A stretch of DNA of 64,000 nt from Gemmatimonadota bacterium (GCA_040389905.1 JAZJZK010000007.1:223492-287491), one strand, 5' to 3'; positions 9,353 through 19,886 are shown, counted from the first letter of the stretch. The notes: a model not told the origin generated them from the sequence alone. Translations and numbers: made by a program.

Positions 9353-9748
9353 ATGCAACAGCACTTGCTCGCCGCTCTCGTGCTCACGCTTCCGCTTTCA
9401 GTCCAGGCCCAATCGCGCTGGAAGGACATCGGGAAGACGAGTAGTGGCAACGTCGTCTCCGTCGATCCGAAGACGATCAAGAAGAGCGCCGGCCGCGTCT
9501 CTGCCACCGTGCGTGTGGTCTTTACCCCGCCGGTGAAAGCCGCGAACGGCACCTGGGCGAGTTCGGTCACCACAGCAACGTTCGAGTGCGCGACCAAGAA
9601 GCTCGCCGCGAAGGAGAACGTCTACTACTCGGACGTGAAGAGCACAAAGGTCGTCGAGCGGAAGGTCAACAAGATTCCCGGCTACGGACCCGCGCTCGGC
9701 GGCTCACTCGGCATGGTGGCGCTGGACTACCTCTGCTCCCTCAAGTAG
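9353..9748 (+). CDS. Secreted protein, surface-adhesin E-like
   Basis: Signal peptide; W..IG...G..V.VD..TIKK; FEC...K; terminal LC. Confidence 0.6.
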   Translation: MQQHLLAALVLTLPLSVQAQSRWKDIGKTSSGNVVSVDPKTIKKSAGRVSATVRVVFTPPVKAANGTWASSVTTATFECATKKLAAKENVYYSDVKSTKVVERKVNKIPGYGPALGGSLGMVALDYLCSLK

Positions 9749-9749
9749 T

Positions 9750-10193
9750 TCATCGCTTTTTCGCCAGGATCGTCCCGCGACAGGTGGCCGCACCGCACGA
9801 GCACGGAAAGCGGCGCTTCGCGGCCGGCGTGTGCCGCTCGTCGAGCACGTACGCGTAGTCGTAGGCGAGCTCTTCGCCGGGCACGATGTCGCGAATCGTC
9901 TCGATCCAGATGCGCGCATCTTCGATGACGGCATCGCAATTCGGATCGCATGAGTGATTGATGAACCGCGCATCGTTGCCATCGACGGCGGCATCGATCA
10001 CGACATCATCGTCGATGGCGAAGAGAAAGGTGTGGTGCCGCTCACCCTCGACATCCGGATAGCGAGCGTCGGCCTGGGCAGGCGTCAATCGTTCGCCGGC
10101 GTACTCGATGAGGCGCACGCCAGCAGGAATGTGATGTATCGCGAAGGCGCCAAGCCCCTGCATCGGCGACTCTCGAATTTCGAACTGTGTCAT
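9750..10193 (-). CDS. SET-domain protein-lysine methyltransferase
   Basis: GLGAFA, RFINHSCDPN, GEELAYDY and post-SET CSCGAATCRG. Confidence 0.95.
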   Translation of the reverse strand: MTQFEIRESPMQGLGAFAIHHIPAGVRLIEYAGERLTPAQADARYPDVEGERHHTFLFAIDDDVVIDAAVDGNDARFINHSCDPNCDAVIEDARIWIETIRDIVPGEELAYDYAYVLDERHTPAAKRRFPCSCGAATCRGTILAKKR

Positions 10194-10277
10194 GCTGTTT
10201 TGCCTCGCTTGAACAGCAACGGCCTACGCCTCACCCCAAATCCCGCCTCCGGACCCCCGGATGGTTAACTTGCATGA

Positions 10278-12014
10278 ATGACATCGCCAACTGAAACCGG
10301 TTTTTCGGGCCTCGGCCTCGACCCGCGCCTCGAAAATGCGCTCGCCCTCCTTGGCTACGAGGAGCCGACGCCCGTCCAGCGCGAGGCCATTCCGCCCCTC
10401 CTCGCGGGGCGTGACCTGCTCGGACAAGCTGCCACGGGAACAGGCAAGACCGCGGCCTTCGCCCTGCCGCTCATCCATCTGCTTGACCCGAAGCTCGAGC
10501 CACGCGAGCGCACAGCCGCGCTCATCCTCGTTCCCACGCGCGAGCTGGCCATGCAGGTGGCCGAAGCGGTCCACAAGTATGGCAAGGCCCTGGGAATCGT
10601 TGCGCTGCCCATCTACGGCGGTGCTCCGATGGAAGCACAGCTCCGCTCCCTCAAGCGCGGTGTGGACGTCGTTGTTGCGACGCCTGGCCGCGCACTCGAT
10701 CACATCCGCCGCAAGACGCTCCGCCTCGATAGCGTGAAGATCGTCATCCTCGATGAGGCCGACGAAATGCTCGACATGGGCTTCGCCGAAGACCTCGAAG
10801 CCATCCTCTCCGCGACGCCGGAGACCCGTCAGACGGCGCTCTTCTCCGCAACGTTGCCGCCGCGCATCGCGGACATCGCCAACAAGCACCTCAAGAACCC
10901 GGTTCGCGTGCGGATCGACCGCGAGGTCGTGCCGGCTGGTTCCGCGCCGCGCGTGCGTCAGGTCGCATACATCGTCGGCCGAGCGCACAAGATCGCCACG
11001 CTGGGGCGCGTGCTCGATGTGGAGAATCCCACGTCGGCCATCGTGTTCTGCCGCACGCGGACGGAAGTGGACGAGCTCACCGAGTCGCTGAATGGTCGCG
11101 GCTATCGCGCCGAGGCGTTGCATGGCGGGCTGTCGCAGGAACAGCGTGATCGCGTCATGAAGAAGTTTCGCGCGAACACCGCCGATCTGCTCGTCGCCAC
11201 CGACGTCGCCGCGCGCGGCCTCGATGTCGAGCACGTGTCGCACGTCGTCAACTATGACGTGCCAACGTCGGCGGAGGCATACGTCCACCGCATTGGGCGC
11301 ACCGGTCGCGCCGGCCGCGAGGGCGTCGCCATCACGCTGGCCGAGCCGCGCGAGCATCGCTTGTTGCGCAACATTGAATACCTCACGAAGCAGAAGATCG
11401 AGATTGCAACCGTCCCAACCGTGGCTGATCTCCGTGCGCGCCGCATCGAGATGACCAAGGCATCACTTCGCGAGGTCATCCTCGGCGGAGAGCTGGACAG
11501 CTTTCGGGCTGTCGTGGATTCCTTGTCCCAGGAGTTCGACATCATGGACGTCGCCGCTGCGGCCGTGAAAATGGCCGACTCGAAAGACGGAGCGGACGCC
11601 GAGGAGATTCCGTCGGTTTCGTTGCGTCCCGAGCGGCAGGTCTCGCGCCATGACCGCGAACGCGTACCGACGCCCAAGTCGGCTGCGCGGCGTCACGAGG
11701 CGGTGAAGTTCACGAGCAAGACCGCTGCAAAGGGCGACAAGAAGCGCATTACCCCCGAATGGGATGTTGCCCGGCTCTACATTGGCGCCGGGCGCAATTC
11801 GAAGATCCGCCCGGCTGACCTCGTCGGCGCGATCGTGAACGAAGCCGGCATCGACGCGCGGGCGATCGGGGCTATCCAGATCACGGATCGTTTTTCTCTC
11901 GTGGAAGTACCAGACGAAATAGCGGACGGCATCATCGAGACCCTCCGCGCCACCACGATCAAGGGCAAACGCGTGCCCGTTCGGCGCGATCGTGAGCAGG
12001 GGGGCGCTGGTTAA
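10278..12014 (+). CDS. deaD: DEAD-box RNA helicase (DeaD/CsdA-type, C-terminal DbpA RNA-binding domain)
   Basis: Q motif, ATGTGKT, PTRELA, DEAD, SAT, HRIGRTGRAG; C-terminal RLYIGAGR...RPADLVGAI. Confidence 0.9.
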   Translation: MTSPTETGFSGLGLDPRLENALALLGYEEPTPVQREAIPPLLAGRDLLGQAATGTGKTAAFALPLIHLLDPKLEPRERTAALILVPTRELAMQVAEAVHKYGKALGIVALPIYGGAPMEAQLRSLKRGVDVVVATPGRALDHIRRKTLRLDSVKIVILDEADEMLDMGFAEDLEAILSATPETRQTALFSATLPPRIADIANKHLKNPVRVRIDREVVPAGSAPRVRQVAYIVGRAHKIATLGRVLDVENPTSAIVFCRTRTEVDELTESLNGRGYRAEALHGGLSQEQRDRVMKKFRANTADLLVATDVAARGLDVEHVSHVVNYDVPTSAEAYVHRIGRTGRAGREGVAITLAEPREHRLLRNIEYLTKQKIEIATVPTVADLRARRIEMTKASLREVILGGELDSFRAVVDSLSQEFDIMDVAAAAVKMADSKDGADAEEIPSVSLRPERQVSRHDRERVPTPKSAARRHEAVKFTSKTAAKGDKKRITPEWDVARLYIGAGRNSKIRPADLVGAIVNEAGIDARAIGAIQITDRFSLVEVPDEIADGIIETLRATTIKGKRVPVRRDREQGGAG

Positions 12015-12080
12015 CCGTGTCCCTTACCTGACGCCGTCGCCAGATTCCTTATTCCTATGCCACCGTTTCAGATTTCAACA

Positions 12081-12572
12081 ATGCGCCTTCGCCTCGCCGC
12101 CGCTGTTCTCGCCATTGGAATCGTCGTCGCCTGTAATCTCGATACCGGAACGGGGACATCCGTCATCAGCACCAATCCGGTGATTCCCATCGATTCACAG
12201 ACCTTTGCCACGTCGCTCGGCATCAATCTTTCTCAGTTCACCAAGACAGCGAGCGGGCTGTACTATCGCGACGTCGTGGTCGGTACCGGCACGGTCTACA
12301 CCGTGAACCACACCGTCGGGGTGTACTACATTGGCCAACTCGCCGACGGAACGCAGTTCGATGCGAGGTCAGCGCCATCGGCGGTGTTTTCTTTCATTCT
12401 CGGGGCAGGGAATGTCATCATGGGATGGGATGAGGGTTTGGTCGGCATGCGCATTGGTGGAAAGCGCGTGCTGATCGTGCCGCCCTCACTTGGTTATGGG
12501 GCCGTCAACAACGGGTCCATTCCCGGGAATTCGAATATGGTTTTCACTGTCGACGCCGTCAGCTTTCAGTAA
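12081..12572 (+). CDS. FKBP-type peptidyl-prolyl isomerase, lipoprotein
   Basis: Lipobox VVAC; VIMGWDEGLVGM.IGGKRVLIVPPSLGYG. Confidence 0.92.
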   Translation: MRLRLAAAVLAIGIVVACNLDTGTGTSVISTNPVIPIDSQTFATSLGINLSQFTKTASGLYYRDVVVGTGTVYTVNHTVGVYYIGQLADGTQFDARSAPSAVFSFILGAGNVIMGWDEGLVGMRIGGKRVLIVPPSLGYGAVNNGSIPGNSNMVFTVDAVSFQ

Positions 12573-12589
12573 CGTCCTGCAGGGAAGCG

Positions 12590-12862
12590 ATGAACACCTA
12601 CGTCTACTACATCGCAGAGAAGATCGAGGGCGCAATGGAGATGCAGCGCTTCGCGCATCCTATTCATGTGGGCATCGTCTCGGCCAGCGATCATGAGACG
12701 GCCTACGGCGCCGTGCTGGAGGATCTTCGTCCGACCTTCGCCGATGAGCCGCAGCAGCTCGAGGTTCGCTTCGAGGCGCTGACCCCGCCACGCGCCGGTT
12801 CCGGCGTGTGGCGGCACGGCAAGCCCATCGATACCGACATCACGTTCACGGCCGCAGACTAG
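12590..12862 (+). CDS. Hypothetical protein
   Basis: SD-like AGGGAAG; normal codon usage. Confidence 0.6.
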   Translation: MNTYVYYIAEKIEGAMEMQRFAHPIHVGIVSASDHETAYGAVLEDLRPTFADEPQQLEVRFEALTPPRAGSGVWRHGKPIDTDITFTAAD

Positions 12863-13103
12863 CCGGGGGTCGATCTTCCCCTCGATGCGGCACTACCATT
12901 CGTGGCGCTTGTCCTTTGGGGCTACGACGGCGTCCGCTACTCCATCACCGAGGCGTGCATCACGCAAGTGCGCCAATCGTTCGGCGCATTGCTCGACGCG
13001 CGCGTCGATGCTCCACCGGCCCAGGTCGGCGAAGGCTACGCGTCTCCGCTCGATGCGCACGCGAGGGAGCGGGTGTCACGGGACTGAGCGGTGCGGAGTG
13101 CGG

Positions 13104-13697
13104 TCAGCGAACGATCGTGAGTGGCGACGTCTGCTGGAGCGCGACGACCTTCTGGTCGGACGAGTTGAGGACGCCCTTTACCCACTCCCAGTCGCGCGCG
13201 ACGCCTGCGTTTTCCATCAACATGAGCGCGACCTCAGCAGCGTCGCCCGGATCCATTCGCAGGCAGCCATGCGACGCGGCCGAACCGAGCGATTCGGTCG
13301 CGTCCGTGCCGTGGATGTAGTAATCCGGCTCCTGGAAGAAGATCTTGACCCCCTTCATCGGATTGGCCGGATGTCCCGGTGCTTTCGGTGTCTTCCCGCG
13401 CGCCCACTTTTCGTCGGGCGGAACCCACCGCGGGTTCCATATCAGCTTCTTGATGGTGAAGCTTCCCGTCGGAGTGGGGTGCGAAGGCGCGCCGATCGCC
13501 ACGTCGTACGTCTTCACCACCGAGTCGTCGCGCATGACGGTCAGCTTGCGCTCGCTGAGACTCGCTTCGAGCCTCACGCCGCCTCCGGCCATGGCGGGTG
13601 TGCGCATCGCGCCGATGCCAAACACAAGCGCGCCCGCCAAGGGAACGGCGAAGATCGCGATGACGGTTTTTGTGCGGCGTTGGATTCGTCGGATCAT
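13104..13697 (-). CDS. L,D-transpeptidase (YkuD family)
   Basis: VAIG....PTPTG.F, YYIHGT...GSAASHGCLRM; N-terminal signal/anchor. Confidence 0.93.
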   Translation of the reverse strand: MIRRIQRRTKTVIAIFAVPLAGALVFGIGAMRTPAMAGGGVRLEASLSERKLTVMRDDSVVKTYDVAIGAPSHPTPTGSFTIKKLIWNPRWVPPDEKWARGKTPKAPGHPANPMKGVKIFFQEPDYYIHGTDATESLGSAASHGCLRMDPGDAAEVALMLMENAGVARDWEWVKGVLNSSDQKVVALQQTSPLTIVR

Positions 13698-13804
13698 TGA
13701 CGCTGGGAGAGGGTTCGATAAACAGATGGCAAAGCATGTTCCACTTCACCGTGTCGCAACGCACCTTTCAGCGAGCACAAACATCTTCAGCGATTCATCA
13801 TTCA

Positions 13805-16471
13805 ATGCGCACTACTTCACGACTATTGCCCCTTGCGGCAGCGGCCTGTTTCGCTGCACAGGCCGCCTGCGGAACCCCGGTTCAGATCGCTCCGGTCACC
13901 GCCGTCGCGCCGCCGCCCGTCGAATCCCCGATTAGTGAAGCGAACGTCCGCCGGCTGCTGACAGCGCTTGCGGACGACTCGCTCGAGGGCCGCGGAACCG
14001 GAACGCGCGGCTCGGAAAAGGCGGCGCGGCTCATCGCCAACGAGATGCGCGCGATCGGGCTCGAGCCCGCCGGCGACAGTGGCTACTTCCAGCGGGTGCC
14101 CGTCGCGATGGTCACACGCGGCACGAGAGAGGGCCCTGCACTCTTCTCGAGCTTTGCCACGCGCGACACGATGCCGAGGGACAAGCGGCGCAACGCGGTC
14201 AACGTCGTGGGAATTCTTCGCGGCACCGATCCGGTGCTCAAGGATTCCGTGATTCTCGTCGACGCGCACTATGACCACAACGGAATCGGGCGTCCCGTGG
14301 CGGGTGACTCGATCAACAACGGCGCGGACGATGACGCCTCTGGCACCGTCGCGGTGCTCGAGATCGCCCGTGCGATGACACGCGGGCCCAAGCCGAAGCG
14401 CACCGTCATCTTCGCCGCAACCACGGGCGAGGAAGTCGGGCTACTGGGCACGCGGTGGTATCTCCAACATCCTGTTGCACCGATCACGAGCATGACGGCG
14501 AATCTGGAGATCGAGATGATTGGTCGGCCGGATACCGCGGCTGGCGGCTTTGGACGTGCGTGGCTCACTGGGTTCGAGCGAACAACGATGGGCTCGATGT
14601 TCGCCACCGCCGGCTTGCCGATTGTCGCCGACAGGCGTCTCGCGCAGAGTTTCTACACGCGCAGTGACAACATTGCCTTCGCGCGCGCAGGCATTCCGGC
14701 GCACACACTCTCCTCGTACAACATGCACGAGGACTATCACACGGTGCGCGACGACGCGAGCCGAGTGGATTTTGCGCACATGACGCTGGTCATTCGCGCT
14801 GGCGCGGAAGCCACGCAACTACTGGCAAACGGCCCAGCACCCACCTGGAACCCCGGCGGACGTCCACCGGAGCAGCAGCCGCCTGCGGCGCGCCCAGCGC
14901 TCCCCACCACGCCAACCGCCGTCACAGACGCCGAGCGACTCGCGCGCTACGTGACCGTGAAGTTGGAAGCGGACACCACGGCACTCACGAAGAACGAGCG
15001 ACGCATGTTGCCGTTGCTCGTCGACGCCGCCCGCGAGATGCACGAGATCTTCTGGCAGCAGGTGATTGGGCCGAGTGACTCGGTACTGTCGCGGCTTACG
15101 AGCCCCGACGCGCGCAAGCTCGCCGAGGTGAATGTCGGCCCGTGGGACCGGCTCGATAACAACTTCGCATTCGTCCAGGGTGCTGGCGTCAAGCCGCACG
15201 GAGCGAACTTCTATCCACGGAACATGACGAAGGAGGAGTTCGAGAAGGCCGTCGCCGGCGGCGGAGCGCGTGCAGACAGTCTCAAGTCGTTGTACACCAT
15301 GGTGCGTCGCGACGCCTCCGGTGCGCTCAAGGCCATTCCGTATTCCACCTATTTCGCCGCCGCGAACAAGCGGGCAGCAGACAAGGTTCGAGAAGCGGCC
15401 AGGTTCGCCGACGATGCGGGTCTGCGCCGCTACCTTCGACTGCTCGCCACCGCGCTGACGACCGACAATTATCGGCCCAGCGACATGGCATGGATGGACA
15501 TGAAGAAGAACACGCTCGATATCGTGCTCGGCCCCATCGAGACGTACGAGGACGAACTGTTCGGCTACAAGGCGGCCAACGAAGCGTTCGTACTGGTCAA
15601 AGACCAGGCGTGGAGCAAGCGGCTGTCGAAGTTCGCCGCGCAGTTGCCGGCGCTTCAGCGTGGCATTCCCGTCGAGGCGAAGTACAAGGCGGAGAAGCCG
15701 GGCACGGACGCCGACCTCAATGCCTACGACGTCGTCTATGTCGCGGGACAGGCGAACGTCGCGTCCAAGACGATCGCGATCAACCTGCCGAATGACGAAG
15801 AAGTCACGCTCAAGAAGGGCTCTCGACGCCTGCAACTCAAGAATGCCGTGCGCGCAAAATTCGATCGCATTCTTGTGCCCCTCGCGAAAGAGCTGATCGA
15901 CGACGACCAACTCGCTCGCGTCACGTTCGATGCCTTCTTCGAGAACGTCATGTTCCACGAAGTAGCGCACGGCCTCGGCATCAAGAATACGCTCGACGGA
16001 AAGGGAACGGTGCGCGCCGCGCTCAAGGAAAAGGCGGGCGCGCTCGAAGAAGGCAAGGCGGACATTCTCGGCCTCTACATGATCCGGCAGCTGAACGCGC
16101 AGGGACAGATGGGGAAGGAAGCGGTCGAGGACAACTATGTCACCTTCCTCTCGAGCCTCTTCCGGTCCGTGCGCTTTGGCGCGGCTGACGCGCATGGTCG
16201 AGCAAATGTCGTCGCCTTCAACTTCCTGCAGCGCGCCGGCGCGTTCACGCGGAATGCCAATGGCAAGTATCGCGTGGACTTCGCGAAGATGCATGCGGGT
16301 GCAGACGAACTGTCTCGCCAGATTCTCGTGCTCCAGGGCAACGGCGACTACGCCGGGGTCGCGAAGCTGTACGCTGATTTCGGGACGATCAGTCCCGAGC
16401 TGCAAAAGGATCTCGACCGTGTGAAGGCGAAGGGGATTCCGATCGATATCGTGTACGATCAGCGTCGATAA
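13805..16471 (+). CDS. Fusion of M28 aminopeptidase and M49 (DPP III-like) Zn-peptidase; probable lipoprotein
   Basis: M28: AHYDH, NGADDDASG, GEEVG, RSDN, DYHT; Pro-rich linker; M49-like: GPIETYED, HEVAHG, EEGKAD. Confidence 0.85.
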   Translation: MRTTSRLLPLAAAACFAAQAACGTPVQIAPVTAVAPPPVESPISEANVRRLLTALADDSLEGRGTGTRGSEKAARLIANEMRAIGLEPAGDSGYFQRVPVAMVTRGTREGPALFSSFATRDTMPRDKRRNAVNVVGILRGTDPVLKDSVILVDAHYDHNGIGRPVAGDSINNGADDDASGTVAVLEIARAMTRGPKPKRTVIFAATTGEEVGLLGTRWYLQHPVAPITSMTANLEIEMIGRPDTAAGGFGRAWLTGFERTTMGSMFATAGLPIVADRRLAQSFYTRSDNIAFARAGIPAHTLSSYNMHEDYHTVRDDASRVDFAHMTLVIRAGAEATQLLANGPAPTWNPGGRPPEQQPPAARPALPTTPTAVTDAERLARYVTVKLEADTTALTKNERRMLPLLVDAAREMHEIFWQQVIGPSDSVLSRLTSPDARKLAEVNVGPWDRLDNNFAFVQGAGVKPHGANFYPRNMTKEEFEKAVAGGGARADSLKSLYTMVRRDASGALKAIPYSTYFAAANKRAADKVREAARFADDAGLRRYLRLLATALTTDNYRPSDMAWMDMKKNTLDIVLGPIETYEDELFGYKAANEAFVLVKDQAWSKRLSKFAAQLPALQRGIPVEAKYKAEKPGTDADLNAYDVVYVAGQANVASKTIAINLPNDEEVTLKKGSRRLQLKNAVRAKFDRILVPLAKELIDDDQLARVTFDAFFENVMFHEVAHGLGIKNTLDGKGTVRAALKEKAGALEEGKADILGLYMIRQLNAQGQMGKEAVEDNYVTFLSSLFRSVRFGAADAHGRANVVAFNFLQRAGAFTRNANGKYRVDFAKMHAGADELSRQILVLQGNGDYAGVAKLYADFGTISPELQKDLDRVKAKGIPIDIVYDQRR

Positions 16472-16498
16472 CCGCGACGAAGGGAACGGCGTCGTTTT

Positions 16499-16615
16499 CA
16501 ACTGCCAAGGAGCGGATTTTACAGATGCGACGGGTCTGACGGATCTGCAGCGTTTGAAAAGTTGTTTTATCCGGCTCTATCCGTTGCATCCGTCCAATCC
16601 GCTCCTCGTCAGTTG
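16499..16615. repeat. Intergenic imperfect inverted repeat with CGGAT/ATCCG-periodic arms
   Basis: caactg..aggagcggatt ... aatccgctcct..cagttg; related to the elements at 40242 and 50842. Confidence 0.75.
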
Positions 16616-16666
16616 CCGTTTCGCATTCGCCTACTGTAAGGGTGTCGACATTTTCAAAATCCGCGC

Positions 16667-19237
16667 ATGACACTGTTTCCGTTGCTGTTTCTCCTGTTGG
16701 CGTCCCCCGCTCCCGCGGCGGATACACTGACCGGACCCGGCGTCTCCCACTCGCTGGCGTCGCAACGCGCGAAGCAGATTTCCCGCGTTCGGTATGCGTT
16801 GCGCCTCGACGTCACGCGTCGCGATACGCTCTACGGACACGCGCGCGTGCAGTTCGACAGGAGCGGCGCATCCGACCTGGTGCTCGACTTTCGTGGACTT
16901 GGATTCTCGAACGTCTCGGTGAACGGTGTCGCGGTTACTCCGCGCACGCTCAACGGCCACCTCGTGTTTCCCGCGGCGTCGCTGCGGGCGGCCGCCAATG
17001 ACATCGAGATGGACTTCACGTCCTCCATCGCGCCCGCTGGCGCGAGCGTCATTCGCGTTCACGATGCCGTCGATGGCGCCGACTATCTCTACACCCTGCT
17101 CGTTCCCGCCGACGCCAATCAACTCTTCCCCTGCTTCGATCAGCCGGACCTGAAGGGCCGCGTCACGCTGGAGCTCACAACGCCTCGCAACTGGACCGCC
17201 GTCGCCAACGGCAAGCTGACACGCGTGGATTCTGCGGCGGCCCTCACATTCCGCTTCGCCGAGTCCGAGCCAATCAGTACGTATCTCGTTGCGTTCGCGG
17301 CCGGACCGTGGAGTGTAAAGTCCTCCGTGGTCGACGGGCATCCGATCTCGATCTACGTGCGTGCCTCGCGGGCGCGTGAGGCCGAAGCGGATACGCTGAT
17401 GGCGCTGAACGGACACGCAATCTCCTGGCTGGAGCGGTACACCGATCGAGCGTTTCCTTTTCAGAAGTTCGATCTGGTACTGTGCCCCGCGTTCCCCTTT
17501 GGAGGCATGGAACATCCAGGCGCCGTGTTCTACAACGAAGAGAGCTTCATCTATCGGGAACGACCGACACTTTCGCAAACGCTTGGAAGGGAGGCGACGA
17601 TCTTCCACGAGGTCGCGCACCAATGGTTTGGCGACTATGCCACAATGCGCTGGTTCGACGATCTCTGGCTCAAGGAGGGGTTTGCCACCTACCTCGCGGC
17701 GGTAATGCAGTCCGCGCTGACACCGTCGGCGAATGCGTGGAAGACATTCTACCTGCGCAACAAGCCCGCGGCCTACGGTGTGGACGCGTCGGAGGGCACG
17801 ACCCCCGTCTGGCAGCGGCTTGGAAACCTCGATCAGGCGAAGAGCAACTACGGCGCAATCGTGTACAACAAGGCGCCGGGAATCCTCAAACAGCTCAACT
17901 TTCTTGTGGGTGACTCGGCGTTTCGCGACGGGCTTCGATCGTATCTGCGCGAACATCCGTACGGAAATGCCACGTGGGAGGACCTGCTGGCCGCTGTGGG
18001 AGGGGCAGGGCACCGGTCACTCGAGGACTGGGGCAAGAACTACATCCTGCGCCCGGGAATGCCCGTGCTGACGCAGCGGTTCACTGCGAAGAACGGCCGA
18101 CTCACCGCACTCACGCTCGAGCAGTCACCCGCGCGCGCCCTTTCCGGACCGTCGTCGTGGCCGGCGCGGGTGGAAGTGCTGCTCGGGTACGCCGATGCTC
18201 CGCCAGTCCGTCTGCCCGTGGAACTCGCGGGGCGCACGACGCACGTGCCGACCAAGGGACTCCGAGCACCTGACTACGTCTTTGCGAACGTGGGTGACTA
18301 TGGGTATGTACTCGTCCATCTCGACGATGTAAGCACGCGCTGGATCGAATCGCACATCGGCGAAGTCAAAGACGAATTCCTTCGTGCGATGCTGTGGGGA
18401 GCGCTCTGGGATCAGGTGAGGGACGCGCGCCTCGATCCGGTGCGCTTCATTCGCTCGGCACTTCGCGAACTGCCTCGCGAGCAGGACGAGCAGATCGTGC
18501 CCGTCATCCTCGGCCGTGTTTCGCGCGCCCTCTCGGCATATGTGTCGGCGTCGTCCCGCGAGGCGCTGCTTCCGGAGCTCGAGGGCACGTTGTTGTCGAT
18601 CGCGGGCGACACCGCAAAGAGCTACGGCATTCGGAAGAACAACCTCGACACGTATATCGGTCTGGCGCGCTCGCCGGCGGCGCTCCGCACCATCGATGCA
18701 CTGCTCGACAGCGCCATGGCCGCTGGCGCGCCCCTTCGCCCACCGACTCGCTGGGCGATCGTGACGACGCTCGTCGGGCGCGGCGCGCCGACCGCCGACG
18801 TGCGGCTCGCCGCCGAGAGCCGGCGTGATTCGACAACGGAGGGGCGTCGGAGGGCGTTCGTCGCCGGCGCTTCGCGTCCCGACTCCGCGACCAAGGCGTC
18901 GTACTGGAATCGCTACTTCTCCGACAAGGAACTGAACGAAGACTGGGTTACCGCGAGCCTACGGAGCTTTCACGACCCGGAACGTGATGACCTGACGCGC
19001 CAGTACATGATTCCGGCGCTCGACAGCCTTCCCTGGGTGCAGCGCAATCGCCGGATCTTCTTTCTCGGCAATTGGGTCGGTGCCACGTTGGACGGCCAGC
19101 GTTCGGCGTCGGCCCTTGCCACCCTCGACGATATGCTGCGGCGTCGGAAGGACATGCCGCGCGATTTACGGGAGAAGATTCTCCAATCGCGCGATGAACT
19201 CGAGCGCACCGTAGCGATCCGGCGCGCATTTCGCTGA
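16667..19237 (+). CDS. pepN: M1-family aminopeptidase N, secreted
   Basis: FPCFDQPDLK, GGMEH, HEVAHQWFG...LWLKEGFA, VYNKA; signal peptide. Confidence 0.92.
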   Translation: MTLFPLLFLLLASPAPAADTLTGPGVSHSLASQRAKQISRVRYALRLDVTRRDTLYGHARVQFDRSGASDLVLDFRGLGFSNVSVNGVAVTPRTLNGHLVFPAASLRAAANDIEMDFTSSIAPAGASVIRVHDAVDGADYLYTLLVPADANQLFPCFDQPDLKGRVTLELTTPRNWTAVANGKLTRVDSAAALTFRFAESEPISTYLVAFAAGPWSVKSSVVDGHPISIYVRASRAREAEADTLMALNGHAISWLERYTDRAFPFQKFDLVLCPAFPFGGMEHPGAVFYNEESFIYRERPTLSQTLGREATIFHEVAHQWFGDYATMRWFDDLWLKEGFATYLAAVMQSALTPSANAWKTFYLRNKPAAYGVDASEGTTPVWQRLGNLDQAKSNYGAIVYNKAPGILKQLNFLVGDSAFRDGLRSYLREHPYGNATWEDLLAAVGGAGHRSLEDWGKNYILRPGMPVLTQRFTAKNGRLTALTLEQSPARALSGPSSWPARVEVLLGYADAPPVRLPVELAGRTTHVPTKGLRAPDYVFANVGDYGYVLVHLDDVSTRWIESHIGEVKDEFLRAMLWGALWDQVRDARLDPVRFIRSALRELPREQDEQIVPVILGRVSRALSAYVSASSREALLPELEGTLLSIAGDTAKSYGIRKNNLDTYIGLARSPAALRTIDALLDSAMAAGAPLRPPTRWAIVTTLVGRGAPTADVRLAAESRRDSTTEGRRRAFVAGASRPDSATKASYWNRYFSDKELNEDWVTASLRSFHDPERDDLTRQYMIPALDSLPWVQRNRRIFFLGNWVGATLDGQRSASALATLDDMLRRRKDMPRDLREKILQSRDELERTVAIRRAFR

Positions 19238-19349
19238 TGTGACCGGCATGCATGCAACCAAATCGTCGTTCGCTCGTCCTAATGGAGAGCGCACTGGAAT
19301 TCGTACCGCACTCAGGCGTACATTCTGGCGCACCCGCCGATTTCCCGCC

Positions 19350-19886
19350 ATGCTGCATCCCCTCCTCGTCAGTCTCCTCTCAGCGAACCTCGTCGCTGCT
19401 GCGCCCTTGCCACGGGTGGCCGCGTCTTCATTGTTCGCGCCTCGCGCCAACCCCCCGATGGGCCTGGTCGACAGCATCGTCGTGGAGAAGAAGGCGCACA
19501 AGCTCACGCTCTTTCGCGACGGCAAGCCCACCCGCACATACCTGATCGCGCTCGGTGGCAATCCAGTCGGTGACAAGCTGAAGGCTGGTGACCGCCGCAC
19601 GCCCGAAGGAATCTTCTTCATCGACGAGCGTCAGCCGAACAGTCGCTACCACCTGGCGTTGCACATTTCGTATCCCGACGCGGCACACCGCGCGCGGTCG
19701 CAGGCGATCGGAGCGGAGCCCGGTGGCGACATCATGATTCACGGCCTCCCCAACGGCATGGGCGCCGCTGGCGCCACGCATCGCCAAGCGGATTGGACGA
19801 ATGGCTGCGTCGCGCTCACCGATCAGGAAATCGAGGAGATCTGGAGCGTGGTGCCGATCGGGACGCCGGTGGAGATCAAGCCGTAA
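19350..19886 (+). CDS. L,D-transpeptidase/carboxypeptidase (YkuD, YafK/DpaA-like subtype)
   Basis: GDK...GD.RTPEG, LHISYP, GGDIMIHG, DWTNGCVAL. Confidence 0.9.
   Translation: MLHPLLVSLLSANLVAAAPLPRVAASSLFAPRANPPMGLVDSIVVEKKAHKLTLFRDGKPTRTYLIALGGNPVGDKLKAGDRRTPEGIFFIDERQPNSRYHLALHISYPDAAHRARSQAIGAEPGGDIMIHGLPNGMGAAGATHRQADWTNGCVALTDQEIEEIWSVVPIGTPVEIKP

Noticed and set aside
12902..13087. 61-aa ORF
   Set aside because: No SD or recognisable motif; cannot be supported, though not excluded.
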